Shown here: piece after piece, positions 1 through 12,341 of the stretch | Position numbering within the stretch: the first letter of the stretch is position 1 | How the letters are laid out: each line of letters begins with the position of its first letter | Assembly (NCBI GenBank): GCA_946965045.2 | Contig: OX337236.1 | Span: forward strand, 1,550,001-1,614,000 | DNA: 64,000 nucleotides | Direction: 5' to 3' | Origin: Epithemia pelagica | Taxonomy: Eukaryota; Protista; Bacillariophyta | Translations under genes and position numbers: made by a program | The notes under the pieces: model-generated | The model's database searches: none | Seen by the model: the letters and a program-made list of their open reading frames with translations, nothing else | Told to the model about the DNA's origin: nothing

Positions 1-1585
1 TCCATTACCAAAAGGGCGTGGAATGTCGAAGAAGACCGAACCATCTTGGAATGCCACATGTCCATGGGGAATAAATGGGCTGGAATCGCCAAGTATCTTC
101 CGGGAAGGTAAGTTGTTTTTCCGTAGCAGTATTTGTGGATACGATGAGACCGAGCAACTGATTCCAATTATGTTGTTTGTTTCTAGAACTGACAATGCCA
201 TCAAGAATCATTGGAACTCGTCCATGAGGAAAAAGGTCGAGAAATATCTGGCACACAAGTTGGGAGTTGACGAATCACAAATCAAGCCCAGAGAAGACGG
301 TCGGTACGATGGCATGCTGAACGATGTCGATAACTTACTGAGAGCTGTACGGGAATCAGAGCCATCGTCACGAGGAAGCAGTCAATCGAAACGAGCAAAG
401 TTAAATGCCGCTTCTGCATCTGTCGCCTCGGCATCTCGCATAGGTTTCTTTCCCTACCCCTCCCTGTCGACCTATGCCAACTATTTGTCAACAGGAGAAA
501 GTGCAGTGTTGCCCTCCACTGCGTGGACATCATGGGCCAGTCAAACAACCTCTCCCTACATAACGGCCCCTCAAACACCACCAGGTGAGAAGAAGGCCGA
601 TGGCGAATGTTTAAGCGCCAGAAAATCCATTTTCGATGAGACTTCGCCCGGTCTGTTTGGAGGGAACTTGGAAGAACGACTAGGCAACAGTCCTTCGTTT
701 GGAAAAGTTCAGGGAATGACTCCAGGATCTACCTTTGGAGACACATGTACCACCCCATTCCCCAGCGATACTCAAATGAAGCTGTCACCAGAGGAAGCGG
801 AAAGCCTTAACAAGACTTTATTTTCCGAAGGAGTCATGACCCCCTTTCCCAAGACTCCCAACTTGAATCAACACCGGCCGAGGGAAGCAATACGATTTCA
901 CATTGGTTCCATTGAAAAAGAAAACAAAACCAAGATCAGCAACATGAGGTTTGGCGGCTGCGTTCCGATATCGCCCCTGGCGGACAAACGGTCAAGAGCG
1001 GGTCTGTATGACGAGGATGTCTCCATGGATCAAGACTCGGGACCTAGCTTTCCAGACCTGGAAAGGTCAAAGTCTCCCACAGAACAAAAGAATACGTCAC
1101 AGTTTGAAGACGTAATGCCGCCACCAAAGCCGTTCTCCAGCGAGGTTGTCAATCATCTTGCACCTTCTACGGCCAAAAAATCCCATGAGAAAACACCGAC
1201 ACGGGACGTTGATCTGTTTGTTGTACCACCCCATTCGATTGACGCAGACAAGTTTTTGAAGGATTTGGAAACACCAGCCACTAGTCGAACCGTGGAGATG
1301 GGCGAGTCCTTTTGGAATGATGATCCGGACGCAGGGTTGAGTCCAATGCCCATGCATTTCACACCCGCAAGTCGCACAGTTAAAGCAAGCGACAACAATG
1401 CAAGTTCGACCAAGAAAAGGCCCCTGTCGTCAGAGCCATGTCCCGGTCATCAGTCCACGTCGAGTCCTCCAGATTTCAAACGACACAGGAACGAAAGTAG
1501 TAGTCAAGAACAGCAAGCTTCAATTCCAGAGGAGAACAAACGATCCTCCGAAACCAACCATGGAGTCGTTTCGGTCTCCCAGTAG
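1..1585 (+). CDS. MYB-family transcription factor (c-Myb/3R- or R2R3-like), 5' end outside window
   Basis: Splicing GT-AG intron 108-186 gives WNVEEDRTILECHMSMGNKWAGIAKYLPGR|TDNAIKNHWNSSMRKKVEKY, a canonical last Myb repeat, followed by a long Ser/Pro-rich tail. Confidence 0.9.
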   Translation, partial: PLPKGRGMSKKTEPSWNATCPWGINGLESPSIFREGKLFFRSSICGYDETEQLIPIMLFVSRTDNAIKNHWNSSMRKKVEKYLAHKLGVDESQIKPREDGRYDGMLNDVDNLLRAVRESEPSSRGSSQSKRAKLNAASASVASASRIGFFPYPSLSTYANYLSTGESAVLPSTAWTSWASQTTSPYITAPQTPPGEKKADGECLSARKSIFDETSPGLFGGNLEERLGNSPSFGKVQGMTPGSTFGDTCTTPFPSDTQMKLSPEEAESLNKTLFSEGVMTPFPKTPNLNQHRPREAIRFHIGSIEKENKTKISNMRFGGCVPISPLADKRSRAGLYDEDVSMDQDSGPSFPDLERSKSPTEQKNTSQFEDVMPPPKPFSSEVVNHLAPSTAKKSHEKTPTRDVDLFVVPPHSIDADKFLKDLETPATSRTVEMGESFWNDDPDAGLSPMPMHFTPASRTVKASDNNASSTKKRPLSSEPCPGHQSTSSPPDFKRHRNESSSQEQQASIPEENKRSSETNHGVVSVSQ

Positions 1586-2022
1586 CACGATTGATGGGAC
1601 CTTTTCTCCTAGAAGTTAGACGTAAGACATAACGTAGTACGAAACAGTGATGACAATGACAAAAATGTGAAACGCCATTCATCGTCTATCTACCTATGTA
1701 CTCCTACTCCTAGGTTGTTTTGTCCTAAAAAGAAACTGGTTGTCGGTTGTCCATAGGCGATCGCGGGATTCGATTTCCATCTGCTAGCTATAGGAAGCTC
1801 GTGCGCGAGCACATAGGTAGATAGCGATCGTGCAACTGCTAGCTAGGGGTGGACAGCGGAGTACCTACCGTAAACCGTGAACGGTTGCCTACTCCACAAT
1901 CCAAAAAGAATAGCTAGTTTCCTTGTGCAGATTTTTAAACACGAAACTAGTGGTAGAAATAGCTTAAACGGATTGGTACGGTAAGAATTGGGGCTATCCC
2001 GTCAACATGGTTCGCCCTTCCA

Positions 2023-3333
2023 TTAAAGCACGTAGGCGAGAACGAGCAAGGAAGACAACACTCCCACCACGGAAGCACTCATGGTGCGAGAGGCACCAGA
2101 GAAGTTAGGACCGCATTCATGCGGATCACTGACAATGCTTGCCGCAGTTTCGGCGGTACACTCGCCGTTCAGACCATCCGGAGGGACTGGTTCACCTTTG
2201 AAGACGTCCCTCCAAAAGTGGCGCTTCACAAAGCTCCCTTGGCTGGTACCAACGGTGGAGCACATGTCTTCCAAGACATTGTAGTACTCCGCCTGACGTT
2301 GCTCGAACCACGAATTCTCTCCCATACCCTGGAAATCAAACACCTTCTTGTTTTGCACCGACTTCATTACCGAGAGTTCGTTTTCAAACTGCTCCAAAGT
2401 GGCATCGATATTGCGACCAGGAAAGAACCAGTAGTCAGCATCCTTGCCGAATTGGACGAATTCTTCCGTCGTCATGTACGTCGCGCCGCATTTATCGATA
2501 GCAGCTTGGTTAGTACCTTCGGTGCTGGAAAGAATGTCAATGGAGCAAGCCTCGGCGTATTCGCAGTAGTAGTTGGGGCATTCACCATCATCCCAGCCTC
2601 CACACCAGTCCGAGTAGTATCCACAGAGCAAGGTGGGTTTTGCTCCGTCCGAGACGGCTTCCGAAGTCTTGTCTTTGATACAGGAGAACCTGTGTTCTGC
2701 CGCATCCACAACTTCAGTGGCTGCTTCTTCCATGTTGAAGAAGAGCGAGTAGAACAAGGCCCATTCAAAGATGGCAGCATTGGTCTTTTCTCATCGTGAG
2801 GACACCTTGACGACATGAGAGAATGGCTGACTCTCATATTCTTGAACGAAAGCTACCATATCCGACACTTCGGGAGGATTGTCGCCAACGAGATTGGGCG
2901 TTTCTCCATCCGCCCTCTCCTCAGGAACAGCAACTTCTCCTTCCAAGACGGCTTGGGCAAAGCAGGGCGACCATATATACTGAGGATCCGTCAAAAAGAC
3001 GCCAATCTTGTCACGGGCACCAATCTGTTCCATAAAAGTGAGCATGGGGGTCTGGGTCAAACCGACGGACTCCACAGGAATCTTGACGACCGCGGCGAAA
3101 TCGCTGCGGTTGCGATCCGCCGGGAACTCACACTGGTGAAGAAGGTAGGATTCCTGGGCTTGCTTGTTCGTCGCGATCTTGTAGTTGTCGAAATACTCAA
3201 CGTCCCAAAGCGTAGAATGGGAGGGCTTGACTTTGATCGGGAAGAGATCGACACCATCGGCGCACTCATCGGCATCAGCACTGCCGATGGTGGCAATCAG
3301 CAACAACACAGAGGTTAAACGAAGGCGTACCAT
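2023..3333 (-). pseudogene. CBA1-like (cobalamin acquisition / periplasmic-binding-protein fold) secreted protein interrupted by one in-frame TGA at 2791-2793
   Basis: ORFs 2791-3333 and 2023-2757 share a frame and read VKVSSR*EKTNAAIFEWALFYSLFFNMEE. Signal peptide, DLFPIKV..WDVEYFDNYKIATN..YLLHQC and EW..FY..FFN.E motifs match the algal CBA1/ABC substrate-binding family; hydrophobic GPI-like C-terminus. Confidence 0.7.
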
Positions 3334-3771
3334 GGTTCGGACAAAAGTATCTTTGGCAGACCACTACTTGTGAGCCTCTCACGATATCTTTTTGTGTGGC
3401 CAGAAGAGGACCCTTGACCTTCACACTTCACACCTTCTTCACATTTTTTTGTTAAATAACACCCTCACCTTTGACATGCTGATTGCTGATCTCTCGTACG
3501 CATACACGTACTTCATTCGGAAGAACGTGCTTCGGACTACGCTGAGGATTGGCACCTTGCTGAATCGTCGGATCAAACTGGATACTGATCCCTAGCGGTT
3601 TGAGAGTGTACGGACTCCAAGCCTTATCCCTTGTGTGATGCGTGCCACCAGCTACCCAGGGAAATGTTTCACATCAAAATCTACTTGTGAACCGACAAGG
3701 ATCTATGATCTATACTGTCATATGTCCAAATGATTAGTTTTGGGACGTTCGCCTATGCAATGGACATTCTC

Positions 3772-5438
3772 TCAACCCGACAGAACAATCTGTGATGCTT
3801 GGTCGCACCAAGGAATCCAAGTTGGACCGAAGGATGTATTCACAATTCCATGAAACAAGCAAGTCTCGTCTTGAGCAATAGGTGGTACAAAGGACTGTTG
3901 ATAAACGGCCAACTTTGACTTCATTATTTCCACAATCAATGGAAAGTCTTGGCTCACGTCGTGGCTTTCTGCTGGGTCGGACAAAAGATTGAACAGAAGA
4001 TATGCATCACCATCTATGCCTCCGGGAGACGGAGTATGTGCTCCATCAGGAACGATGGTACTATGTTCTGGTCCTCCAGATTGTCCTTGAATCAGTTTCC
4101 ACTGTTTCCAACGGATTGCGGGGCCGTACCACATTGCAGTTGCAGGAGATTGTTCTTTCTTCCCCCATTCTGGATTGTACTCAGCGTATCCAACAAAGAG
4201 CTCCTCCCTTGGTGGTGAAGAAGCCTGCATCTTTGTTTGAAGTGATTTTAAATGACACACGCCATCCAGTTTCTTTCCCTCAGGCTTGGCACCAGTCATG
4301 TTGGCAAGGGTTGGGAGCCAGTCGACAGCATGAAACAGATTCTGATAGGCAAAGGGAGATTCGATACCATACGCTGTCTTCAAGGCAGGCCCACTCAGAA
4401 ATGCATCTCCCTTTGTCCCTCCTTCCCATACAGTACATTTGCCACCTCTCAAACGACCATTGGATGAGCCTTGAACCATACATACCGATGTTGGTCCACC
4501 GTTGTCAGTTGTTCCGACAACGACTGTGTTTTCCCACAGATCGTTCGCTTTCAGAGCCTCTGTGACGTTTTGTATGCTTTCATCGACGGCAGACAGCATA
4601 CCTGCATAGACACGTCTGCGTTTTGACCACTGTTTTCTATTCCTGTACTTTTCCAAGTATTTGTCAGGTACTTGGTCGGGGAAATGAACCCCTTGGTGAG
4701 CAAGGTACAAGAACAAGGGGCCTGATTCACTATCGTGTCTCTCTATGATGCTTATTGCTTCCCTGGTAAAAACATGGGTCGAATAGTTCCCGCGTTCGTC
4801 AGCAATTTTCGTACAAGAACTCCCACAAAACTCATGTTCGTCATGTCTCATTTCGTAAGCTGGTGTCGGACCTGGCTTGACGTGGGTAAAGTAATCCGAG
4901 CCACCGTGAAGGAACCCAAAAAAGCTTTGAAAGCCCCGAAAGGTTGGCGTCTGCGCAGTTCTTGCGTGTCCAATGTGCCATTTCCCCACTGCATGTGTCT
5001 GGTAACCCACTTTCCGAAGAACCTGTGGCAAAGTTTCTGAAAACAAGCTCAGACCTTTATAGAGGACATGATTGATCTTCGGTCGAACGTAGGTTGCGTA
5101 CCTTCGTCAAGGGGAAGTCCTTGTGTTTCGTAATCCAAGACAATCGAATGACATCCTGTATGCAGTGGATAACGCCCTGACATTATGGACGCTCTGGTTG
5201 GCGAGCAATAAGGAAGAACATAGTAATTCTCCAAGTTCACTCCATCGCTTACAAGTTGGTCCAGGACAGGCGTATCAATGTTCGATGAATGCCTTCCCAA
5301 ATCTCCAGATCCCAGGTCATCAATCACAACAAACAAGATGTTTGGAAGTCCTTCGATTGATGATAGAACTTGATAGGAGAGGTAAAGGAGAATAGAATAG
5401 CACAGAAGGTATGCTCTCCGTAATAACATGCGTGTCAT
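3772..5438 (-). CDS. Arylsulfatase (ARSB/I/J-like), 2 exons
   Basis: [12 protein letters not shown], formylglycine motif CSPTR..IMSGRYP, GKWHIG and DNGG motifs. GT-AG intron 5037-5101 joins GLPLDE|ETLPQVL; N-terminal hydrophobic anchor/signal. Confidence 0.93.
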
Positions 5439-5813
5439 GGTCTTTTCAAGTCCACGTTGTTTTTGAGACACAGGATCTCCGAGATCTTTTTGGATTTTCG
5501 CAGTCGCACGCGACCACTACAAAATCTTTTCATCCGGTCGCATATGGACGATGTGCTATATCTCTCTCGAGCTACTCCTACCTACTATCTTTAGATAATA
5601 GCGCCTCCTAATATGAGTACGAACGGTTTGACCATGGAGTAACTCCTGGAGTAATGCTACGCGTATAGATGACTCGACCGAAGTCCTCCCAGGGACAACT
5701 AAAGCACTCAAATACAAAACACAAGATCTTCTCTTTGTACGTCCTTGCAGGTAGCAAACTTTGGTGTGCACTCCCTTTCATCCGTCGATGACAAACTTTT
5801 GAAGCGTTCCATT

Positions 5814-6606
5814 TCATGGGTCTACTGGGGTACAGACAAGAATGTCACTACGACTATTCAGATCGACACGAAGACCTTCATCCAGATAGACGGTATCAAA
5901 CCATCCCTCTCCCACCGGTGGCAAGTTGTAGCTGCCAAACTTGCCCAAATCGAGGGTGGCCGATTTGAACTTAAATATTGTTCGAAGCGAGTTGCTTTCA
6001 CTAGGTCCAATCGATCCAGAAACACCAAAACTGCCTCCCCTTTTAAAAGGAATCATGTTTTGCAGCACATCCTCGGATAAAGTCTGTGAGATATCACTGG
6101 ACCATCCCCGCTCAATGAAAAAATTGATCTCCTTTTCTGTCGTCCATACTCTGCAGGCAACAACCAACGAGTTGAGTAAGTTTGTGCGTCTGTTGATGCT
6201 TCGGATTCTCTCACTTGGGATCTTACAGCTTCCATTCTCGTCTCAAAAGAGGACTCGTCGATGCTTCAGCAGTTGGAGACAAGGGAGCAAGCTTCTCAAT
6301 TGTGCTCTCCACCAATGTTCGCTTCTCTGATGATTCCTCCATAGAGCACAGATCCAAAAGCTCAGACTTCAAGGCGCTTCGCTCGTCCTCCTTAGGATCT
6401 TGTTTTCCCAAACTTTCAAATGGATTCTTCAGATCCCATGACAAACCAAATGGTCCTTTCTGCTCCCCTGTGGCCGCCATCTCCATAGAAACTGGCTTTC
6501 CGGTACCATCGGCCACGTAAGGCGTCAATCCGGTCACCAAGTGGCGGCTGGATAGTCCTATCAGCGCTGCTACAAAAAAGAAGTGAGCCAACGTTGTACT
6601 TCCCAT
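5814..6606 (-). CDS. Plastid lipid-associated protein / fibrillin family, 2 exons
   Basis: LKSELLDLC..VESTIEKLAPLSPT..SPLLRREWKL|VWTTEKE and GWFDTVYLDEGLRVD..DILV are PAP_fibrillin motifs; intron 6151-6226; N-terminal signal peptide. Confidence 0.88.
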
Positions 6607-7015
6607 TGCTGCTTATTCTTCTCATGAAAATGTCCAAATACGTACTCCTTGTAGACGACTTTGCGAAAAAACACAGAACCCGGATATACAAAGAAATCGC
6701 TTGACACCATCTATTACGATTATCCCAAATAGGCTCTTTCGAAGTTCGGAGTTCGGATGTTTGATCAAAATCAAGGCCGACCAGCCCCAGATGTGTTTGA
6801 CACAAAACAAAGAAACAGAAAAACAAGAGAAAGAAACAGAAACGCGAGAAACACACGCCTGTCTCTCTAGTGTGACGGCTTTTCGAAATGTAGATATTGG
6901 GCCTCCAGGCTTTCGCATTTCGCATGGATGCGGTCATTGAGCTCGTCCCAGTAGCTCAAAAGATAACATATCGACGAAGGATGCAGGTGTCCCAAAACAC
7001 TTAGTCTTGTTTCTC

Positions 7016-7678
7016 TCAAGCCGTTTTTGTGGCTCGAATCTCGTCCATCAAATCCAATTCCACCACAGAATCTTCCGGGCACTTTTGGCCTTTCGCTCGT
7101 AACAAGTCAGGAAGGTTCTTCGCAACTTGTTCCTCCAAAGTGTTGGGAAAGAATCCGATGAAGTTTTCAATACCCTCAGGCCATCCTGGACCTAAAAAGG
7201 AGAGGAGAACACAAAGTATGCAAACATCCATTAGGCAATTTCTGCTCCTTTTCAGTTTCACATATTGTTGACGTGACAGCATGGTTTTTCTTTCAAAGGT
7301 CGAAAGTTTGTAGTTACTCATGCACTGGCACCAATCTGCAGACGCCTATTTCTACCAACCTTCATGGAACAAATTGCAAATCCTGGTGCCGCAAATATTA
7401 CAAAAGCACCTGGAAATGTTACTGGTTGGCTTTCGAAACCGGTTCAGGTTTTCTTCTCCTTTAACCATTTTGAACTGCTTCTCTTTTTGCGCGGCCACTA
7501 CATGATAGAGTGGAGCGGCGTGAGATCGAAGGCAAGAATCGCAATGACAATACCCTCGAAACAAGGGTTTGTCGCCCTCACTTATTTTCAATTCGTATTC
7601 GATTGCACCGCAATAACAATGGCCCTTGACCAACAGTCCCGAAAACGTGGTGGATGCCGTTGTGTCGTCTTGTGACAT
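7016..7678 (-). CDS. GFA (Mss4-like, Zn-binding) domain protein, 2 exons
   Basis: GHCYCGAIEY, CHCDSCLR and RCFCNICGT motifs; GT-AG intron 7192-7359 joins in frame to GPGW..IGFFPNTL. Confidence 0.82.
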
Positions 7679-8035
7679 TGTGCTTAGAAGTTGTTGTTGT
7701 TTAGTTGACGATCTCTCCGAGTGGCAGCAGACCGAGGCCCGAAAGGGAGGAAAAAAGATACCATGGTGATGGGTCTCGTTAGATAATGGATCTTGATCCG
7801 ATTCTCCCCCCGCTCAGGATTTTTAGAAGAACCCGGATGCACTGCGCATTTTTTGGTTCACAAAAATTTGGCGCGTCCAGGTTGGTGGCAGTCTGGAGTC
7901 AGGAAGTGATCAATCCTTGCCCTTCATCATAGGAGGTAGAAGAATCAGAATCAGCACTTGATTGCCTGAAATTGTCTTTTTGAGAGCTGGCAAGCACTGG
8001 CTGGAAAGCTAGGAGTAATTCAAATTCATTGAAGA

Positions 8036-9042
8036 ATGACGGAGCAACAATCGATACATGGAAGTGAGAATCCAGTTACTGGTGCTCCACCAGACGTGCA
8101 AAATACATCAAAGATGATCTCACCGGCTTCTCATCTCCCTCCGACTGCTCCACTTTCGCCCCCAATCTCGAGTCCCCTCCATCCTCCCGTTGGTGGTGGA
8201 ATACCCTCTCGCTTACGCAGTCGTTCGATGGACCAACAATCCATGGCAGGACCTCTCAGTCCAGTTGCTTCTCGGCAGCCACGAAGCGTTCCTACATCAC
8301 CAATTACGGGCAAACGGTTTTCTCCACACCCACCTGTCCCATCGGGAATGGCCATGATGGGGTTCGCCGATCTTATTCCCATGCCGCATCCTCCTGAACC
8401 CTCCGAGCGACAACGGGTTATGGAATCTGCCGTAGCGTCGGAACGGAAACGTGCCAAAGAGTTGGAAACAGAGGAGGCTAAGATGACGGCGGATGAGCTG
8501 CGAGCCGTGTTGAAAACCGAGCGTCGACGGACGGCCCAAATCATGGCGGATTTGGCCGTGTTTAAACTATCAGCGGTTGAATTCCAGTCCGAAGCCGAGG
8601 TGCTGGAAGAGGGGAGAATTAATGGTCTCATGCGACGAGTCGATCAACTACAGCAAGAAAAGGGAAGAATCATGTTAGACTTAGAACGAGAAGAAGAAAT
8701 GGTAAGTACCTTCGGTTCTAGGATGGTGGCAACGACCAGGACGAATATTATTCTGGTTGTGGATGATGACTCAATGGTGTTTTGTAGTTGACAAATACAC
8801 TTCAGAAGCAGCTGAACGAAGTCAGAAGGGAAAAGGCTCGTTTGGAGCAACAGATTGATCGAGAAAAGAAATCCAATTCTACATTGGAGAACCATTTGAC
8901 TAGTTTGAAGGACAGTAACAGTAGTATTACCAGCACTCCGCTAATGACCCAGGTGCTTGAAGAAGATGAGGAGGAAGAGGACGATAATGAGGAAGAGGAA
9001 CAAACAGAGGACCCTGATAGCAATACTTTAGAGGAACGATAG
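8036..9042 (+). CDS. CCDC6/DUF2046-like coiled-coil protein, 2 exons
   Basis: EEGRINGLMRRVDQLQQEKGRIMLDLEREEEM|LTNTLQKQLNEVRREKARLE after removing GT-AG intron 8702-8787. Confidence 0.8.
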
Positions 9043-9233
9043 TTCGCAGGTCAACTAAGGACAGGTTGAACTCACCCAATCTGTTCACCCCGAACTTTAT
9101 GGCAGAAATATGGTGACCTGTCTAACTTGGACCGCGGTCGGAAATAATATCTCACATAGAAACTTCTAGACGTTTAACTATAAAACAAAATACATCTTTG
9201 CCGTCACCGAAGGATAAACTTTTGACAACCCTC

Positions 9234-10685
9234 TTAAGGATGCATCGTCACTGCCCATGACAGAGTCAGGGCACCCAATGGTGCGAGAAGAGCACCGTAG
9301 GAAAACACATTAGGTTCCTGGATGGCCTGGGATTCCAACCACTTTTTGCCTCTTTTTTGGTCCAAGTACAAATATTGCATACCAAATCCAAATGCTACAG
9401 CACCAATTGCAGACAGAACAAAAGCAAAGTAGTGGGAGCCATGCTGAATTGGAATCAAAATGGCAATGAACGCCAAAGGAGCGTAGGAACGTGTTACCCA
9501 GAGATCAACATTTTGTGAACTGAGCATGCGAAATCCATTTTCTTGAACCATGGCCATACAATAGCCCATAGCAATCGTGGATAAAAGCAAAAGCCAGTCT
9601 GAGTAATCTCCCCAGATGTACGGGAAGAACATGGCCAAACCGATGGGAGCCCAGGAAATGATAGTGGCAACTTTGATTTCGTAGACATATCCACAAAAGT
9701 ACCCATTCATACCAAACGCCGATGCTTGGAGAAGCCCACTAGATGTTTCTCGTTCGCCCGACAGATTTTCAAGTTCATCCAGAGCGTATCCCACGAGCCA
9801 GGTATTGAGAATGATTGTTATGCCACCCAAGAAAGCTAAAAACATTCGGATTCCCGTGCCGACGTGGACGTAAGCCTCCCATGCACCGGGGTAGTAGTAA
9901 CAGACATTCATACCGATCCAAAACCAGAACCAGCCAAACACAAGGAGCGGACCACCAAAATTGTACAAGACGGGTTTGGGGTTCATGCGGCCTTCCATGT
10001 CAAGCGTATCTCCAGCCAACCTGTTTTGCCACATTATAATAGGTGCAATGACGATACAAAGCCCTGTTGTGGACATTCGACCGGTGATGTTCGTTCAGAA
10101 AAAAAGAAGCAAACTTTAAACATGTCGAAAACAATTGTGCTTACCTCCGACCGTTGAGGCGAACAGTGGGGCATCCCTGTCTTCCCAGAAAGTGATGAAA
10201 CCATCCGCAACCATACCACCGATCATGAGGGCGTTCCACAGTCCTTTCTTTTGAGTAAACTTCCGCTCAACAATGGATGTCGGGATCCGGCTTGAATGTA
10301 CCCATCCCAGAAAACAGAGAATAAGACAAGATGCGATTTCTAGGCGTGTGGCCTCGAATCCAAGCCAGTGTCGGCGAGGAAGAAGATTGCTGAATCCTAG
10401 CAACACCCATCCAGCAAAAGCCAAGGGAATGGTTGATGGGACGTTCGATTTTGTGGACGTTTTCGGATTGTCATCCTCTCCTTCGGTTGAGCTTCCCATA
10501 GCCTCGTAGTCACTGCTGGGTTTTTCAGGATCGGTATCTTCGTTCTCTGCATTCCCTGCTAATTTTCCTTGACTCTCCCATTTTCGATCCCATTGCCAAC
10601 CAAAGTATACAATCAGTAGTATCCCAACCAGAGACACAATCGATCTTGTGTTGAGCAAAATGACCAAGTTTAGTTCCTCAGCCAT
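9234..10685 (-). CDS. Multi-pass membrane protein of unknown function, 2 exons
   Basis: Two hydrophobic ORFs joined in frame by GT-AG intron 10064-10144; roughly 10-12 hydrophobic segments; no family recognised. Confidence 0.75.
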
Positions 10686-11839
10686 TTTGAGTCTTCTCGA
10701 TGTAAATGAGCTGAAAGTTTGTGGCTTTCTAAAGTGCAAGCCCCAACCTAGGTTGCTGCGTTCGACAAAAGAGTCCGTCGTTCAGGCAATAGAAAAAGAG
10801 AAGGTTGGCTTCAATGGTTTATGGGTACACAAAAAAATGAGTTAATTGGAGAAAGATTTACAGGCCGATGCTTCGCCGTGTCGGTTCAACGGATTTACTG
10901 GCATGTGAAATGCGTTCTGAACATACACTTTTACAATAGCCTCTTTCTTTCAATTAGGGTGAGTATTACCTCAAAATAGTCGTTCCGTACAACTGGCGAT
11001 ATCAGGGCAATTATGTTTTGGAATATACACGACCAAATATCACTTCAAATTAAGGCTTTACGTAAGCCGAGCATCAAGAATCTCCCGCATCCCACATTTC
11101 GTATTTCAGACTGCTCCGAGCCACCAAGAGAAAATCATGCGACAACGAAACAGAAGCCGATACATTATTAACCTTATAGACAGGGTATCTACGCTGAAAT
11201 AAAACGGAACTTCGTTGATTTGAATCATAGGCCATGGCTGCAGAGAGAGCATGCCCGTTTGCTGTATGATCGGCCGTTTGTTGCAAAAGTGCTACGCCTA
11301 GAGTGTTTTATCTTTTTGATATGGATGATGTACAACCGTACCAACCAGCAGGCCGTGTCTGAAAAAAGCGAACTATCGCCTTCAATATCTTCATGGACCA
11401 TATCAGATGATCCTTGTTTCATCTCTCAACGACCGACGAGCTAATACGAACGTGAATATAAACATTTTACGTTATTGTCTAGTCTATCAAACTTTGTCTG
11501 TTGATGAATAACTTTGCCAAGGTAATGGATCGCGTTCGATTGTAATTTGTAGGAGTAGTCCTTTACGTAGAAGTCAACACAATCCATAGCTTACGGTAGC
11601 CGCAAAAGCTCCTACTCCAAGGAATACCTAGCTACTCCTAGAGAGGAGCAAAGGAGTAGCTAGGTAGGTGCTCTTCTCGAAACCCCCCAGAGGCAATTGC
11701 TCATTTTTGTTATATATAATTTTTCTGAATAGCATGTCTTCGTCTTTCTTTCGCGCCAAAAACTCAGGCCATTCCTTTATTGTAGCTCAACAAAACCAAT
11801 CCGTGCGGGCCGGGCCGGATTTGGTTTTGGAAATTGTGC

Positions 11840-11859
11840 CTAACGCCCAGGGTCTGGAA
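11840..11859 (+). repeat. hAT left TSD (CTAACGCC) and left TIR (CAGGGTCTGGAA)
   Basis: Read directly; matches the right end. Confidence 0.95.
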
Positions 11860-12341
11860 GTCATTTTATGTGCCATCTAAACTTGAATGTAGATTGATTA
11901 TTCACTTTTCCAATCAGTTTAGAATTAAATTAAGAATTAACGATTCACTTCACGACATATACACAATTGAATTAATCTTGAAAGTGTACTAATTTACGGA
12001 TAGTAAATGAACTTAATTACCAAAGTCAATTATGTTTACAATCAATAAATTCACTTAACTTTACTATTCCCCTATTTCATACCCTTTGAATTGAATTCAA
12101 TTCCCAATTCCCTTTTCGAACCAATTGGAATTAAATTCCAATCCCAATTCCCTTTTCGAACGAATTTGAATTGAATGAATCATTCTCAATTCACACCACC
12201 ATTCAGAATAAATGAATTACACATTCACCAATTCCATTCATTCTCTGAATTATGACTCACAGTCACACACTGTACTCCTTATCCTTTCTCCACCATTATA
12301 GTCGTACAACATACAACTAAGAAGATGTTAGGTACGCCTGT

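Noticed and set aside
10750-11839. An outer element into which the hAT inserted (CAAAAC[C/A]AATCC motifs on both flanks)
   Set aside because: No terminal repeats or TSD could be matched across the flanks; evidence too weak.
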